The position numbers and the translations under genes are program-made. Below the pieces are notes generated by a model that had not been told where the DNA came from, made no database searches, and saw only the letters and a list, made by a program, of their open reading frames with translations. Of a stretch of 48,901 bases of DNA, positions 1 to 9,417 are shown in pieces. The first letter of the stretch is position 1, and each line of letters starts with the position of its first letter. This stretch comes from an uncultured Gammaproteobacteria bacterium (GTDB lineage Bacteria; Patescibacteriota; Patescibacteriia; UBA9934; GWF2-40-263): the NCBI GenBank assembly GCA_964388785.1, contig CAYMBX010000002.1, forward strand, positions 1 to 48,901. Reading direction: 5' to 3'.

Positions 1-2
1 AC

Positions 3-473
3 ACGCTCAAATCGTTTGTGGGACTGCCTGGACGGCAACAATTGCTTGGGGAGATTGAGGGAGTGATGTATGTCAATGACACCACCGCGACCTCACCGGA
101 GGGGGTTATGGCCGCGCTCAAGCGTTTTGGCAATGGAGGAAACATTATTTTGATCGCCGGTGGTTCTACGAAAGGGTTCACGTTTGAGGAAATGGCCGAG
201 CTTGTGCGAAAGGAATGTCGATTGGTTGTGTTGTTTGACGGAACGGCATTTGCTGATTTGTCAACCGCCATCGGAACCAGTACACCGATTATCCGCGCCA
301 CGTCAATGGAGGAGGCGATGAAGGCTGCAACCGCCGAGGCAAAACTCGGGGATGTTGTGCTCTTGTCGCCCGGCACGTCGAGTTTTGGTATTTTTAAAAA
401 TGAATTTGACCGCGGAGATCAGTTTAACGCGGCTGTTGAGGCACTCAAAAAGAACGCGGGAGTCCGTGTATGA
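3..473 (+). CDS. murD: UDP-N-acetylmuramoylalanine--D-glutamate ligase (MurD), C-terminal part; 5' end is outside the window
   Basis: The reading frame stays open to the window edge. Motifs YVNDTTATSPEG, IILIAGGSTKG and LLSPGTSSFGIFKNEFDRGDQF are typical of the MurD central and C-terminal domains. ATGA overlap with the next Mur ligase. Confidence 0.8.
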   Translation, partial: TLKSFVGLPGRQQLLGEIEGVMYVNDTTATSPEGVMAALKRFGNGGNIILIAGGSTKGFTFEEMAELVRKECRLVVLFDGTAFADLSTAIGTSTPIIRATSMEEAMKAATAEAKLGDVVLLSPGTSSFGIFKNEFDRGDQFNAAVEALKKNAGVRV

Positions 474-1753
474 TCAAGACGTTTATTCGTCGATTCGTTC
501 CGGAGCCGCTCATCTCGCTCTATCATCTCGCACTCGCGCATATAGCTGCGATTCTGTACGGACATCCAAGCGAGCGCTTAATCGTGGTGGGGGTGACCGG
601 GACAAACGGAAAATCTTCGACCGTCCAGTACATTGGCCGCATCCTTGAACAGGCGGGATATCGGGTAGGTTGGACGACAACTGTGGGATTCAAAATAGGA
701 GAGCGGGAATGGACGAACGACAAAAAAATGACCATGCTTGGCCGGTTTCAAACACAGCGTTTATTGCGTCGCATGGTGGACGATGGGTGTACGCACGCGA
801 TCGTGGAAACTTCCTCGCAGGGAATCTCCCAATTCCGTCATGTCGGAATTCATTATGACGTGGGGGTGTTCACGAATTTGACACCCGAACATGTGGAAGC
901 ACACGGAGGATTCGAAAATTATAAGCGCGCAAAAGGAAAATTGTTTGAGGCGATCGCGCATGCGAGAGAGAAGGTGATTGACGGGACACTCGTGAAGAAA
1001 GCAACGATTGCAAACGCCCTTGATCCACACACACCCTATTTCGCTTCTTTTCGTGCGGGCGAGTTGTTTCTGTTTGGGCGCGAGGCACAGGACATCGAAA
1101 TGAACGCGTCGGGAACGCAATTTTCCATACAGGGTGTTCGTTTTTCATTTGCACCGATCGGCCGATTCAATTTTGAGAATGTCCTCGCGGCGATCGCAAC
1201 ATCCCAAGCTCTTGGATTGTCGATTAAACAAATCGCACAAGCCGTTTCTCAGCTGCAACCGATTCCGGGACGGCTTGAGTCGATTGATGAGGGACAGCCA
1301 TTTCATGTTATCGTTGATTATGCCCCGGAGCCGGCCGCACTTCAGGCGGTTTACGATGCGATGGATCTCATTGGATATGCTCGTTTGATCCATGTGCTCG
1401 GTTCCACCGGAGGAGGGCGCGATGTGGCGCGGCGGGCCGTGCTCGGGAAAATGGCTGCGCAAAAAGCCTCGTCTGTCGTTGTGACCAACGAAGATCCGTA
1501 TGACGATGATCCGATGGAAATTATCAACCAGATTGCGGATGCGTGCGTGGCTGAGGGGAAGCAGGACGGCGTAAACGTATTTCGTATCCTCGATCGCCAA
1601 GAGGCCATTCAAAAAGCCGTTTCGCTTGCTCGGGCAGGGGACGCGGTGTTACTCACAGGTAAGGGATGTGAACCCGTGATGGCGGTTGCGCATGGGCGTA
1701 AAATACCCTGGGACGATCGCGAGGCGGCCCGCCAAGCGCTTCGGAAGTTGTGA
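470..1753 (+). CDS. murE: Mur ligase, MurE-like (UDP-MurNAc-L-Ala-D-Glu: diamino acid ligase) with a short N-terminal domain
   Basis: GVTGTNGKSST P-loop, VETSSQGI and TNLTPEHVEAHGGFENYKRAKGKLF. The C-terminal TNEDPYDDDP sits where mDAP-type MurE carries DNPR. 4-nt overlap with murD. Confidence 0.75.
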   Translation: MIKTFIRRFVPEPLISLYHLALAHIAAILYGHPSERLIVVGVTGTNGKSSTVQYIGRILEQAGYRVGWTTTVGFKIGEREWTNDKKMTMLGRFQTQRLLRRMVDDGCTHAIVETSSQGISQFRHVGIHYDVGVFTNLTPEHVEAHGGFENYKRAKGKLFEAIAHAREKVIDGTLVKKATIANALDPHTPYFASFRAGELFLFGREAQDIEMNASGTQFSIQGVRFSFAPIGRFNFENVLAAIATSQALGLSIKQIAQAVSQLQPIPGRLESIDEGQPFHVIVDYAPEPAALQAVYDAMDLIGYARLIHVLGSTGGGRDVARRAVLGKMAAQKASSVVVTNEDPYDDDPMEIINQIADACVAEGKQDGVNVFRILDRQEAIQKAVSLARAGDAVLLTGKGCEPVMAVAHGRKIPWDDREAARQALRKL

Positions 1754-1830
1754 CCTTCTCCCTCTTCGTCAGCGACTGTCGAACAAGTGGTGAGTGATGG
1801 ATGGGCAACGAAGATGACCAACGTTTGGTG

Positions 1831-1877
1831 GGTGATAAAGGCTTGTTCTGCGAGCTCTCGAACAAGCCTTTATCACC
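1831..1877. repeat. Perfect 18-bp-stem hairpin (GGTGATAAAGGCTTGTTC / GAACAAGCCTTTATCACC) with an 11-nt loop containing a CGAG-CT-CTCG mini-palindrome
   Basis: Arms 1831-1848 and 1860-1877 are exact reverse complements. Intergenic, downstream of murE. Confidence 0.9.
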
Positions 1878-1921
1878 GTGTCAGGTTGGGTGTCAGGGAT
1901 CACTAAACCGTTCATCCTGAC

Positions 1922-1972
1922 GGACAGTGATTCTCTCAGTCGAGTGCTCGCAGACTGAGAGAATCACTGTCC
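1922..1972. repeat. Perfect 20-bp-stem hairpin (GGACAGTGATTCTCTCAGTC / GACTGAGAGAATCACTGTCC) with an 11-nt loop containing CGAG-TG-CTCG
   Basis: Arms 1922-1941 and 1953-1972 are exact reverse complements. Same architecture as the hairpin at 1831-1877 but a different stem sequence. Confidence 0.9.
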
Positions 1973-2040
1973 ACCCAACGTGAGTCGTTCATCCAGCTAG
2001 CAACCGCCTCACCTCTGAGAGAGGGAGAGAAGAAAACGTT

Positions 2041-2547
2041 ATGAAACAACCCGTGTTTGATCTCAAACCACATGAAGAAATTTTGGCTGTCGTTCGACAG
2101 TCGCTGATCCCACTTTTTTGGAAATTTTTGTTGTTCACGTTGTGGTTGATCATCCCGTTTTTCTTTCTGTTTCCCCTTTTCAGAGAAGGTGTGTGGGGCG
2201 TGGTAGTTTTCTTTGCGCTGGTCATTTCAGGATTTGCGCTCCTCCTGCGTCAATATATGCGATGGCATGGTACGACGTTTATTGTCACGGACAGACGCGT
2301 GGTCGATATCGATCAAAGAGGATTCTTTGATCGGATTGTCACAGAAGCGCCCTACTCACAGATTGACGAAGCGAGCTATCGAGTGAAAGGATTTTGGGCG
2401 ACGGTCTTTCGGTATGGTTCCATCCGTCTGGATCTCGCCGGATCCGCGGCGGATATTAAATTCGAACGCGTCTACCGTCCTGCCCGCATCCACAATTTGA
2501 TTAATGATCTGAGAGAGGAATCAAGAAACCCAACACCTCACACCTAA
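2041..2547 (+). CDS. Membrane protein with a bacterial PH-like (bPH_2/DUF304, YdbS/YdbT-like) domain
   Basis: Two N-terminal hydrophobic helices, then FIVTDRRVVDIDQRGFF...YGSIRL, the usual bPH_2 pattern. Confidence 0.55.
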   Translation: MKQPVFDLKPHEEILAVVRQSLIPLFWKFLLFTLWLIIPFFFLFPLFREGVWGVVVFFALVISGFALLLRQYMRWHGTTFIVTDRRVVDIDQRGFFDRIVTEAPYSQIDEASYRVKGFWATVFRYGSIRLDLAGSAADIKFERVYRPARIHNLINDLREESRNPTPHT

Positions 2548-2558
2548 CACCTTTCCTC

Positions 2559-3026
2559 ATGCCCCAACCACGCGTTACCGTGTTTCAACGATTAATCCGA
2601 TGGCGATTTCTCTTTGTCGTCAATGTGCTGATTTTGTTTTTTTTGGGGATGACGTTTGGAAGGGAATATATTCGAACACGTGAGATTCAAAAGGAAATCG
2701 AGCGACTTGAAGCCGAGGCGAATGAACTCGCGAGCCGCAACATTTCACTCAGCGAGCTGAAAACTGCTGTGCAAACGGAATCGTATATTGAACGCGAAGC
2801 GCGGTTGAAACTGGGTATGAAAAAACCTGGAGAGGAAGTAGTGGTGATTCAAGAGATCGGTGCAGGAATAGAGGAAGGAGAACAAGGGGAGACAACACAA
2901 GACAAAACAGATCCGCTCGGACTTGTTTCGATGAAGAATATCAACGATCCACAAGTTGCGAATGCGACAAAATGGTGGTATTACTTCTTCGACAAAACCG
3001 CTTTTAACGGACTGCGTGAAAAATAA
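2559..3026 (+). CDS. Septum formation initiator family protein (FtsB/DivIC-like)
   Basis: Single TM (FLFVVNVLILFFLGM), a coiled coil (EIQKEIERLEAEANELASRN), then the ESYIEREARLKLGMKKPGEEVVV signature. Confidence 0.7.
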   Translation: MPQPRVTVFQRLIRWRFLFVVNVLILFFLGMTFGREYIRTREIQKEIERLEAEANELASRNISLSELKTAVQTESYIEREARLKLGMKKPGEEVVVIQEIGAGIEEGEQGETTQDKTDPLGLVSMKNINDPQVANATKWWYYFFDKTAFNGLREK

Positions 3027-3030
3027 AACT

Positions 3031-3924
3031 ATGCAAGTTGAAAAAGAAGATGTGACACCCGTTCAGGAACAACCGTCGAATTCGATACAACCAAAAACAA
3101 ACAGGCTTCCCAAGCCGTTTATTATTTTGTCGGTCTTTGTCGCTCTTGCCATCACGGTCACCCTGTTGGCCTATCAGCTTCCGATTACCAACCCTGTCGC
3201 ACGTTCCATTGTTCGTCTCATCCCATATCCCGCCGCGATGGTGAATGGGAGTATGATCAGTATGGAAAGTTATGCGAATGAACATGATGCGTTATTGCGG
3301 TATTTGGAATCGACCGGATATGAAGAATTGCCATCCGAAGAGACGGTACGCCAAACAATTCTGGACGCGCTCGTGAATAAAGCCGTCATTCGTGAACTTG
3401 CGTTTCGTGCGGGGATGAAAATTGATGAAGAACGCGTCGAAGCGTTTTATCAGGATGTGATTGAGGGGGAAGGAAGTGAGGAGGCGTTTATTGAGGAATT
3501 ACGCGAAACGTTCGGATGGACAAAAGAAGAGTTTAAAACGCGCATTATTGAATCGATCGTACTCGCACTCCAAATGAGTGAATATGTCCTTGCTGATGAA
3601 GAACTCCAAGCGGAAGCGCGTACGCAAATTGAGACGGAACTTGCAAACCCGGGAACAATACCCGAAGCAGATCTCGGAGTCGTGAGTGTGGCGAACGTTC
3701 CGGAGGCGTGGACAGAAATTCTCCAGCTTCCAGACGGCGAACGTTCCGGTATTCTTGAAACCAGTTTTGATTTTGCTATTGTGAAGGTTCTTGATCGAAC
3801 GGAAGATACCGAGACGGGCGAAACGCAGTTGCATCTTTCGGGTGTCGTGGTTCCAAAAACGACGCTTGAAGATTTGGTGGAGAACTATCTGGCAGATGCG
3901 CGTGTACGGTATTTTGTGAAATGA
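3031..3924 (+). CDS. Membrane-anchored SurA-N/PpiD-like chaperone-domain protein (no clear rotamase motif seen)
   Basis: ATG at 3031 chosen because the 2956 start overlaps the previous gene. One TM, then ILDALVNKAVIRELAFRAGMKIDEERVEAFY...FKTRIIESIVL, resembling SurA N-terminal domain proteins. Confidence 0.45.
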   Translation: MQVEKEDVTPVQEQPSNSIQPKTNRLPKPFIILSVFVALAITVTLLAYQLPITNPVARSIVRLIPYPAAMVNGSMISMESYANEHDALLRYLESTGYEELPSEETVRQTILDALVNKAVIRELAFRAGMKIDEERVEAFYQDVIEGEGSEEAFIEELRETFGWTKEEFKTRIIESIVLALQMSEYVLADEELQAEARTQIETELANPGTIPEADLGVVSVANVPEAWTEILQLPDGERSGILETSFDFAIVKVLDRTEDTETGETQLHLSGVVVPKTTLEDLVENYLADARVRYFVK

Positions 3925-3964
3925 TTGACCCTCCGGCCGTTTTTTGGCATGATACTGGCGCCTT

Positions 3965-4040
3965 GCCGATGTAGCTCAGCTGGCAGAGCAATGCTTTCGT
4001 AAAGCAGAGGTCGCGGGTTCAAATCCCGCCATCGGCTCCA
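3965..4040 (+). tRNA. tRNA-Thr (anticodon CGT), CCA encoded
   Basis: Manual cloverleaf: GCCGATG/CATCGGC acceptor, GCTC/GAGC D stem, anticodon loop TTCGTAA, GCGGG-TTCAAAT-CCCGC T arm, discriminator T plus CCA. Confidence 0.9.
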
Positions 4041-4044
4041 GAAA

Positions 4045-4073
4045 AGAAAACCGACTTCGGTCGGTTTTCTTTT
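4045..4073 (+). terminator. Rho-independent terminator after tRNA-Thr
   Basis: AGAAAACCGAC-TTCG-GTCGGTTTTCT stem-loop followed by a T run. Confidence 0.75.
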
Positions 4074-4081
4074 AAAATCGA

Positions 4082-4110
4082 TTGACGCAATCATCATTTA
4101 TCGCTACGCT
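4082..4110 (+). promoter_or_regulatory. Sigma-70-type promoter for the efflux operon
   Basis: TTGACG (4082-4087), 17-nt spacer, TACGCT (4105-4110). Confidence 0.45.
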
Positions 4111-4133
4111 TAAGCCGTTATTGACCTAAATTT

Positions 4134-5732
4134 ATGAAAAAGAAACACGTGATTTGGGGGAGTATTGGGCTGGTCATCGTATTGATTATTGCGGCGATCG
4201 TTTTTCGTCCAAAACCGGATCCACTTGCCAAATACGAATTTGAACCCGCGTCCGTTGACGATCTTACCCAAACGGTCAGTGTCACGGGAACCGTGGTGCC
4301 CGCATCCGATGTTTCACTTGCGTTTGAATCCGGCGGGAGGATCGGATACATCGTCGGTCCGGTCGGAACGCAGGTGTGGCAGGGGATGGTCCTTGCCTCG
4401 CTCATTTCCGCAGATCTCGCTTCGGATCTCGTGAAGGCGCAGGCGGCGGTGACAAGCGCGGAAGCGTCGTATGCTCAGCAGGAGGCGGCGGTCGAAGCAC
4501 AGTATGTGAAATTGGCCGAACTGGAAAAGGGCGCACGTCCTGAAGAGATCCAAATAAAGGAAACGGAACTGGCACTCGCGAAAGAAAAACTTTCTCAGTT
4601 GCAGTCCACACAGACGAACCTGCTGCTCAACGCACAGTTGCAGGCCGAGGATGCAATCAACCGACTGACCGATGATTTTTTTGACAACGACCAATCAAAT
4701 GCCGTGGATTTTCGATATCAAATCGGCGGGTCTGTCAGTCCTGACACGCTGGAATCGCAGCGCGTCTATATTCGCAATCTGCTTCTTGATTTTAATGCAC
4801 AAGACATCGGGTTTGCGAAAGCACAGCTGCTTGAGATCAAAGCCTTTCTTTCACTGCTCTCCGGTGCGTTTGATTATGTCATCAGTTATAAAGATGGTTC
4901 GCCTGTGTCAAGCACCACAATCGAAACAAATAAAACATCTTTGAAAACGGCGCTCGCAAACGTGCAAACGTCGATTGATACGTTGACGGATCGCCAGAAT
5001 GCGATTGCGAGTCAAAAATTAACGATCAAACAAATCGAACAGGAGTTAGCTCTCAAGAAAGCACCGCCGACGGCTGAACAAATTGCGGCCCAGAAAGCCG
5101 CGATCAAGCAGGCAGAAGCGTTTCTGCTTGTTCAGCAGGCGAGTATCGAACAGGCAAAGGCGGCCGTCCAAAGTATTCAGACGCAGTTTGCGAAAAAGTC
5201 GATCATCGCTCCATTCAGTGGTGTTATTTCCAAGCAAGACGCCAAGGTGGGCGAGATTGTTGCCTCCAGCAGTCCTGTGCTTTCTTTGATTTCCGCGTCG
5301 GCGTTTCAAATTGAGGCAAACGTCGCGGAAGTCGATATCGGACTTGTCGAGGTTGGGCAGACGGCAGCGATCGAGGTCGATGCATACCCGGAAGAGCGTT
5401 TTACCGCGCGTGTTATCAAAATTGATCCGGCAGAAACGGTAGTCGAAGGCGTTTCAACCTATCTTGTTCGTCTGGAATTTCAACAAGCAGATGAACGGCT
5501 CAAAAGTGGAATGACCGTTGACATTGATCTTGTCACGGATGAGAAATCATCCGTCTTAAGCATCCCGGTGCGTGCGATTGTCACTCGGGAAGGAAAGACC
5601 TTTGTTCGTGTCAAAGCCGGAGAAGGAATTGAAGAACGTGAAGTCAAAGCCGGAATCCGTGCGGGCGGACGTGTGGAGATACTCTCCGGTCTTGTGGAAG
5701 GGGAGGAGGTTGTCGTGAGAGAAACCAATTAG
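4134..5732 (+). CDS. HlyD/MacA-family periplasmic adaptor (membrane fusion) protein
   Basis: N-terminal TM, long alanine/glutamine-rich coiled-coil hairpin, barrel-sandwich and beta-barrel motifs (IIAPFSGVISKQDAKVGE, VKAGIRAGGRVEILSGL). Followed by ABC ATPase and permease genes. Confidence 0.8.
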   Translation: MKKKHVIWGSIGLVIVLIIAAIVFRPKPDPLAKYEFEPASVDDLTQTVSVTGTVVPASDVSLAFESGGRIGYIVGPVGTQVWQGMVLASLISADLASDLVKAQAAVTSAEASYAQQEAAVEAQYVKLAELEKGARPEEIQIKETELALAKEKLSQLQSTQTNLLLNAQLQAEDAINRLTDDFFDNDQSNAVDFRYQIGGSVSPDTLESQRVYIRNLLLDFNAQDIGFAKAQLLEIKAFLSLLSGAFDYVISYKDGSPVSSTTIETNKTSLKTALANVQTSIDTLTDRQNAIASQKLTIKQIEQELALKKAPPTAEQIAAQKAAIKQAEAFLLVQQASIEQAKAAVQSIQTQFAKKSIIAPFSGVISKQDAKVGEIVASSSPVLSLISASAFQIEANVAEVDIGLVEVGQTAAIEVDAYPEERFTARVIKIDPAETVVEGVSTYLVRLEFQQADERLKSGMTVDIDLVTDEKSSVLSIPVRAIVTREGKTFVRVKAGEGIEEREVKAGIRAGGRVEILSGLVEGEEVVVRETN

Positions 5733-5740
5733 CGGACACT

Positions 5741-6469
5741 ATGGAAGAACGTCCACTCATTCGCACACAGAATATCCGAAAAGTTTACGGAGTTGGGGAA
5801 GGCCAAACCGTCGCGCTTGACGATGTGTCTCTGGCGATTCGGCGCGGAGAGTTCGTTGCGATCATGGGTCCTTCCGGATCGGGAAAATCAACCCTCCTTC
5901 AGATTTTAGGGTTTCTCGACAAACAAACATCGGGCATATACGAATTTGACGGAACCCTTTCGGATCAATATTCCGAAGATGCATTGGCAAAATTGCGCAA
6001 TGAACAGCTGGGTTTTGTGTTCCAGTCATTTAACTTGCTGCCAAAGACCAGTGTATATGAGAACGTCATGCTTCCTCTTGTCTATTCCCGCGTGCCGCAA
6101 AAAGACTGGAAGGCACGTGTGGAACGTGCGATCGAGTCTGTTGGGCTTTCTCATCGGACACACCATGAGTCGGGCATGCTTTCCGGAGGAGAAAAGCAGC
6201 GGTGTGCGATCGCACGTGCATTGGTGATGAATCCGGTGCTACTCTTTGCCGATGAACCAACAGGAAATTTGGATTCCGCATCCGGACAGATGGTGATGCA
6301 AATTTTGCAAAACTTACATGATGCGCATGGTCACACGATTGTGCTCATCACTCATGAACAACAAACAGCCGAGCATGCTCAGCGCATCATTCAGATCAAA
6401 GACGGTCGCATTGAACAGGATCGCCTTGTTGAGAAGCGTAAACGTGCTCAAGATGGATTCCAGAAATAA
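5741..6469 (+). CDS. ABC transporter ATP-binding protein, MacB/LolD type
   Basis: Walker [10 protein letters not shown], signature LSGGEKQR, Walker [14 protein letters not shown]-loop ITHE. Confidence 0.9.
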   Translation: MEERPLIRTQNIRKVYGVGEGQTVALDDVSLAIRRGEFVAIMGPSGSGKSTLLQILGFLDKQTSGIYEFDGTLSDQYSEDALAKLRNEQLGFVFQSFNLLPKTSVYENVMLPLVYSRVPQKDWKARVERAIESVGLSHRTHHESGMLSGGEKQRCAIARALVMNPVLLFADEPTGNLDSASGQMVMQILQNLHDAHGHTIVLITHEQQTAEHAQRIIQIKDGRIEQDRLVEKRKRAQDGFQK

Positions 6470-6475
6470 AGCCTT

Positions 6476-7714
6476 ATGCAAATCACGCATGCACTGACCA
6501 CGGCTTATCGCGGCATCGTCCGAAAAAAATCGCGCAGTGCGCTGACGATTTTGGGAATTGTGGTTGGCGTGACATCGATCATGATGGTTCAAGCGACCGG
6601 CAAGGGGGCAGAACAGCTCATTTTGGGACAGATCGCAGGATTAGGGAGCCGAACGATCGCGATCGAACCAGGACAGGAACCGCAAGGCCCGTCGGATTTT
6701 GCTTCATTTTTTCTTGATTCGCTTACTGAGCGTGATGTGGAAGCACTTCTTGATCCTGACAATGTTCCGGATTTGGAGGGGCTTACGCCGGAAGTGTTTG
6801 TACCCGGGTCTGTGAGTTATGGGGCGGAAACGGTTGATGCCACCACGCTTGGAGCTTCCAGTCTGTTCGGTGAGATTTTGGGGATCCTTCCGGATCAGGG
6901 GAGTTATTTTTCCGACACGGATATTCAAGCGCGTGCGTCTGTCGCGGTCATCGGCGATGAAATTCGAAGGGAGTTATTCGGTGCCTCTGATCCCATGGGC
7001 CAGAAGATTAAAATCAAAAATCGTCCATTTGAAGTGGTTGGAGTCTTGGCCAAAGCGGGGCAGGTGACCTTTTTTGATGTGGACCATCTCATCGTGATTC
7101 CGTACACGACTGCACAGGAATATTTGCTGGGGATCGATCACTATCACGAACTGTTGGCGCAGGCAAAGACCGAAGAGTCTGTAGGTGCGGTTGTCTCGGA
7201 TATCGAAGCGACATTGCGGGAAACACATCGAATTTCCGATCCGTCGAAAGACGATTTTCACGTCATGACGCCGGCAGATGCCGCGGAGCGTGTTTCGACG
7301 ATTACAGGTGTTCTGACGATTTTACTCAGTGCTGTTGCGGCCATCTCTCTTGTCGTGGGTGGAATCGGTATCATGAATATTTTGCTGGTCTCTGTTTCAG
7401 AGCGAACACGTGAGATTGGGCTGCGAAAGGCTGTCGGTGCCAGAAACAGTGACATACTTTTCCAATTTTTGTTTGAGTCTTTGCTGTTGACGTGCGTAGG
7501 CGGAATCATCGGCATTTCGCTCGGCGCCTTTCTTTCGTTTTTGGTCTCGCTGATTTTAGATCGGTTTGTGCCGTTTGGATGGGAATTTGCTTTTCCGTTT
7601 TCCGCTGCGCTGATCGGGATCGCAATGGCCGCGTCCGTGGGTTTGATTTTCGGCATGTATCCCGCGCGCCAAGCATCAAAAAAGAGCCCAATCGAAGCGC
7701 TGCGTTACGAGTAA
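6476..7714 (+). CDS. ABC transporter permease, MacB/FtsX-like family
   Basis: N-terminal TM, about 230-aa periplasmic domain, three C-terminal TMs. ERTREIGLRKAVGA and PARQASKKSPIEALRYE are typical of MacB-type permeases. Confidence 0.85.
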   Translation: MQITHALTTAYRGIVRKKSRSALTILGIVVGVTSIMMVQATGKGAEQLILGQIAGLGSRTIAIEPGQEPQGPSDFASFFLDSLTERDVEALLDPDNVPDLEGLTPEVFVPGSVSYGAETVDATTLGASSLFGEILGILPDQGSYFSDTDIQARASVAVIGDEIRRELFGASDPMGQKIKIKNRPFEVVGVLAKAGQVTFFDVDHLIVIPYTTAQEYLLGIDHYHELLAQAKTEESVGAVVSDIEATLRETHRISDPSKDDFHVMTPADAAERVSTITGVLTILLSAVAAISLVVGGIGIMNILLVSVSERTREIGLRKAVGARNSDILFQFLFESLLLTCVGGIIGISLGAFLSFLVSLILDRFVPFGWEFAFPFSAALIGIAMAASVGLIFGMYPARQASKKSPIEALRYE

Positions 7715-7725
7715 TAAAATAAGTA

Positions 7726-7769
7726 TCCCGCCTCCGGGCCAAGTGACTATCGCACTTGTTCCCTCCGGC
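7726..7769. repeat. 44-bp repeat, copy 1 (inverted partner at 15158-15201; 42/44 identical)
   Basis: TCCCGCCTCCGGGCCAAGTGACTATCGCACTTGTTCCCTCCGGC equals the reverse complement of 15158-15201 except at 2 positions. It lies inside a longer hairpin (7722-7732 pairs with 7767-7777) that is followed by a T run. Confidence 0.9.
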
Positions 7770-7804
7770 GTGATACTCATTTTTTGTTTACACACATCAT
7801 TTGA

Positions 7805-7878
7805 TGGAGCGGGATACGGGAATCGAACCCGCGTCTCAAGCTTGGGAAGCTTGCATACTACCATTGTACTAATCCCGC
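7805..7878 (-). tRNA. tRNA-Gly (anticodon CCC), CCA encoded
   Basis: The reverse complement folds as GCGGGAT/ATCCCGC acceptor, anticodon loop TTCCCAA, GCGGG-TTCGATT-CCCGT T arm. Confidence 0.9.
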
Positions 7879-7928
7879 GTCTGGAAAACCGTCTCTTGTT
7901 CATCGTCGCAGCGCAGGGTATCATAGAG

Positions 7929-8714
7929 ATGGATGCTATGACAAGATTCTCTACGCGCGCTTTCTTCATTCTTATTTTGTTCCTGTTGTCCCCTCAGATC
8001 ACTCAAGCAGAGTCTCCGGAGGTGGTTGTCTCAACGCAATTTGATGCGCAGACAATCGTCAAGGGATTCACGCTGGAATCTTCGGATCAACGGATGCGCT
8101 TGGGCATTCGTCCGGGCACGCTCAATGTTGCAACTCGTGTGGACGTCAAGACGCTGGATGATTCCTTGATGGAAGAGACCCTTCCTAAGGACAAACAACT
8201 CATCGGAAACGTCTATCTGTTCGACATTCTCAATAAGTCCAGTTACGACGGGAAAGATTTTTTCTTTCTTGAGATCAAGTATCCGGAGGAGAGCGATACC
8301 GACTCCAAATTGCATGGCCGCCGGAGGATTTATTTCTACAACAAACCGAAATTGCAATGGGAGGAATTGCCATCTGTCGACAATGCCGAAACACAATCGG
8401 TGCGCTCATTGATCCATTTGCCCTACGCGCGCCTCGCGATTTTTGAGGAAACGATTCCGGAAATTGGGAAGGCGAGTTGGTATGGATATAAAAATTGCGA
8501 TTGTGCAGCATCACCGGATTATCCGAAGGGTACTCTGCTTGTCGTGACGCGCGCAGATGATCCGACAAGAACAGTTACGGTGAAAGTGAATGATTATGGT
8601 CCTGATCGTTCCGTTCATCCCGAGAGAGTGATTGATCTCGATAAAGTGGCGTTTCAGAAATTGGGATCGCTTGGAGCCGGAATACTCGACGTTCGTGTCC
8701 AACTCCTACAGTAG
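7929..8714 (+). CDS. Secreted RlpA-like double-psi beta-barrel (DPBB) protein
   Basis: ATG 7929 gives a signal peptide (FFILILFLLSPQITQA). The C-terminus GKASWYGY...GTLLVVTRADDPTRTVTVKVNDYGPD...VIDLDKVAFQKLG is the RlpA/DPBB signature. The upstream part of ORF 7743.. overlaps tRNA-Gly and was discarded. Confidence 0.75.
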   Translation: MDAMTRFSTRAFFILILFLLSPQITQAESPEVVVSTQFDAQTIVKGFTLESSDQRMRLGIRPGTLNVATRVDVKTLDDSLMEETLPKDKQLIGNVYLFDILNKSSYDGKDFFFLEIKYPEESDTDSKLHGRRRIYFYNKPKLQWEELPSVDNAETQSVRSLIHLPYARLAIFEETIPEIGKASWYGYKNCDCAASPDYPKGTLLVVTRADDPTRTVTVKVNDYGPDRSVHPERVIDLDKVAFQKLGSLGAGILDVRVQLLQ

Positions 8715-8731
8715 CTTCTCCACTTCTTTCC

Positions 8732-9412
8732 ATGATCACGTTTAAACACGTTTCAAAAATTTATCCTCCCAACATTGTGGGAGTGGAGAGCGTCAGCTTG
8801 CATATCGAGCCCGGCGAATTTGTTTCGATTGTGGGACAAAGCGGAACGGGGAAATCGACCCTTGCAAAATTGTTGTTTGCGGAAGAGAAACCCTCGCGCG
8901 GAAAAATCGAAATAGGAGGGTGGGATATTACGACGATCCGTGAACACGAAATTCCGTTGCTTCGTCGGCAAATCGGAGTTGTGTTTCAAGATTTTAAGCT
9001 GCTCCCACGAAAAACCGTTTACGAAAACGTGGCGTTTGCGCTTCAAGTGGCCGGAGCCGCGCCACGTCGTGTGCGGGAAGTCGTGCCGCTCGTGCTCGGC
9101 ATCGTCAATTTGGAAGACAAAACCGGCCGATACCCGCACCAACTTTCGGGAGGTGAGCAGCAGCGTGTGGCGATTGCACGCGCGCTTGTGCACCAGCCAA
9201 AAGTGGTTGTCGCTGATGAACCAACAGGAAATTTGGATACGTTGAATGCCCGTGAGATTTTGGAACTGCTAAAGAAAATCAATGAATTTGGAACGACGGT
9301 CGTGCTTGTGACACACGATCGAGATCTTGTGAATCGTCTTAAACGGCGGGTGATTACGCTTGAGGGCGGAAAAATTGTTTCGGATGTGGAGGAGGGGAGA
9401 TATAAAATTTAG
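8732..9412 (+). CDS. ftsE: Cell division ATP-binding protein FtsE
   Basis: [35 protein letters not shown]. Immediately upstream of an FtsX-like permease. Confidence 0.85.
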   Translation: MITFKHVSKIYPPNIVGVESVSLHIEPGEFVSIVGQSGTGKSTLAKLLFAEEKPSRGKIEIGGWDITTIREHEIPLLRRQIGVVFQDFKLLPRKTVYENVAFALQVAGAAPRRVREVVPLVLGIVNLEDKTGRYPHQLSGGEQQRVAIARALVHQPKVVVADEPTGNLDTLNAREILELLKKINEFGTTVVLVTHDRDLVNRLKRRVITLEGGKIVSDVEEGRYKI

Positions 9413-9417
9413 CTGCT

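Noticed and set aside
7743-7928. N-terminal 62 codons of ORF 7743..8714
   Set aside because: They overlap the 44-bp repeat and the minus-strand tRNA-Gly. The internal ATG 7929 gives a proper signal peptide for the RlpA-like protein.
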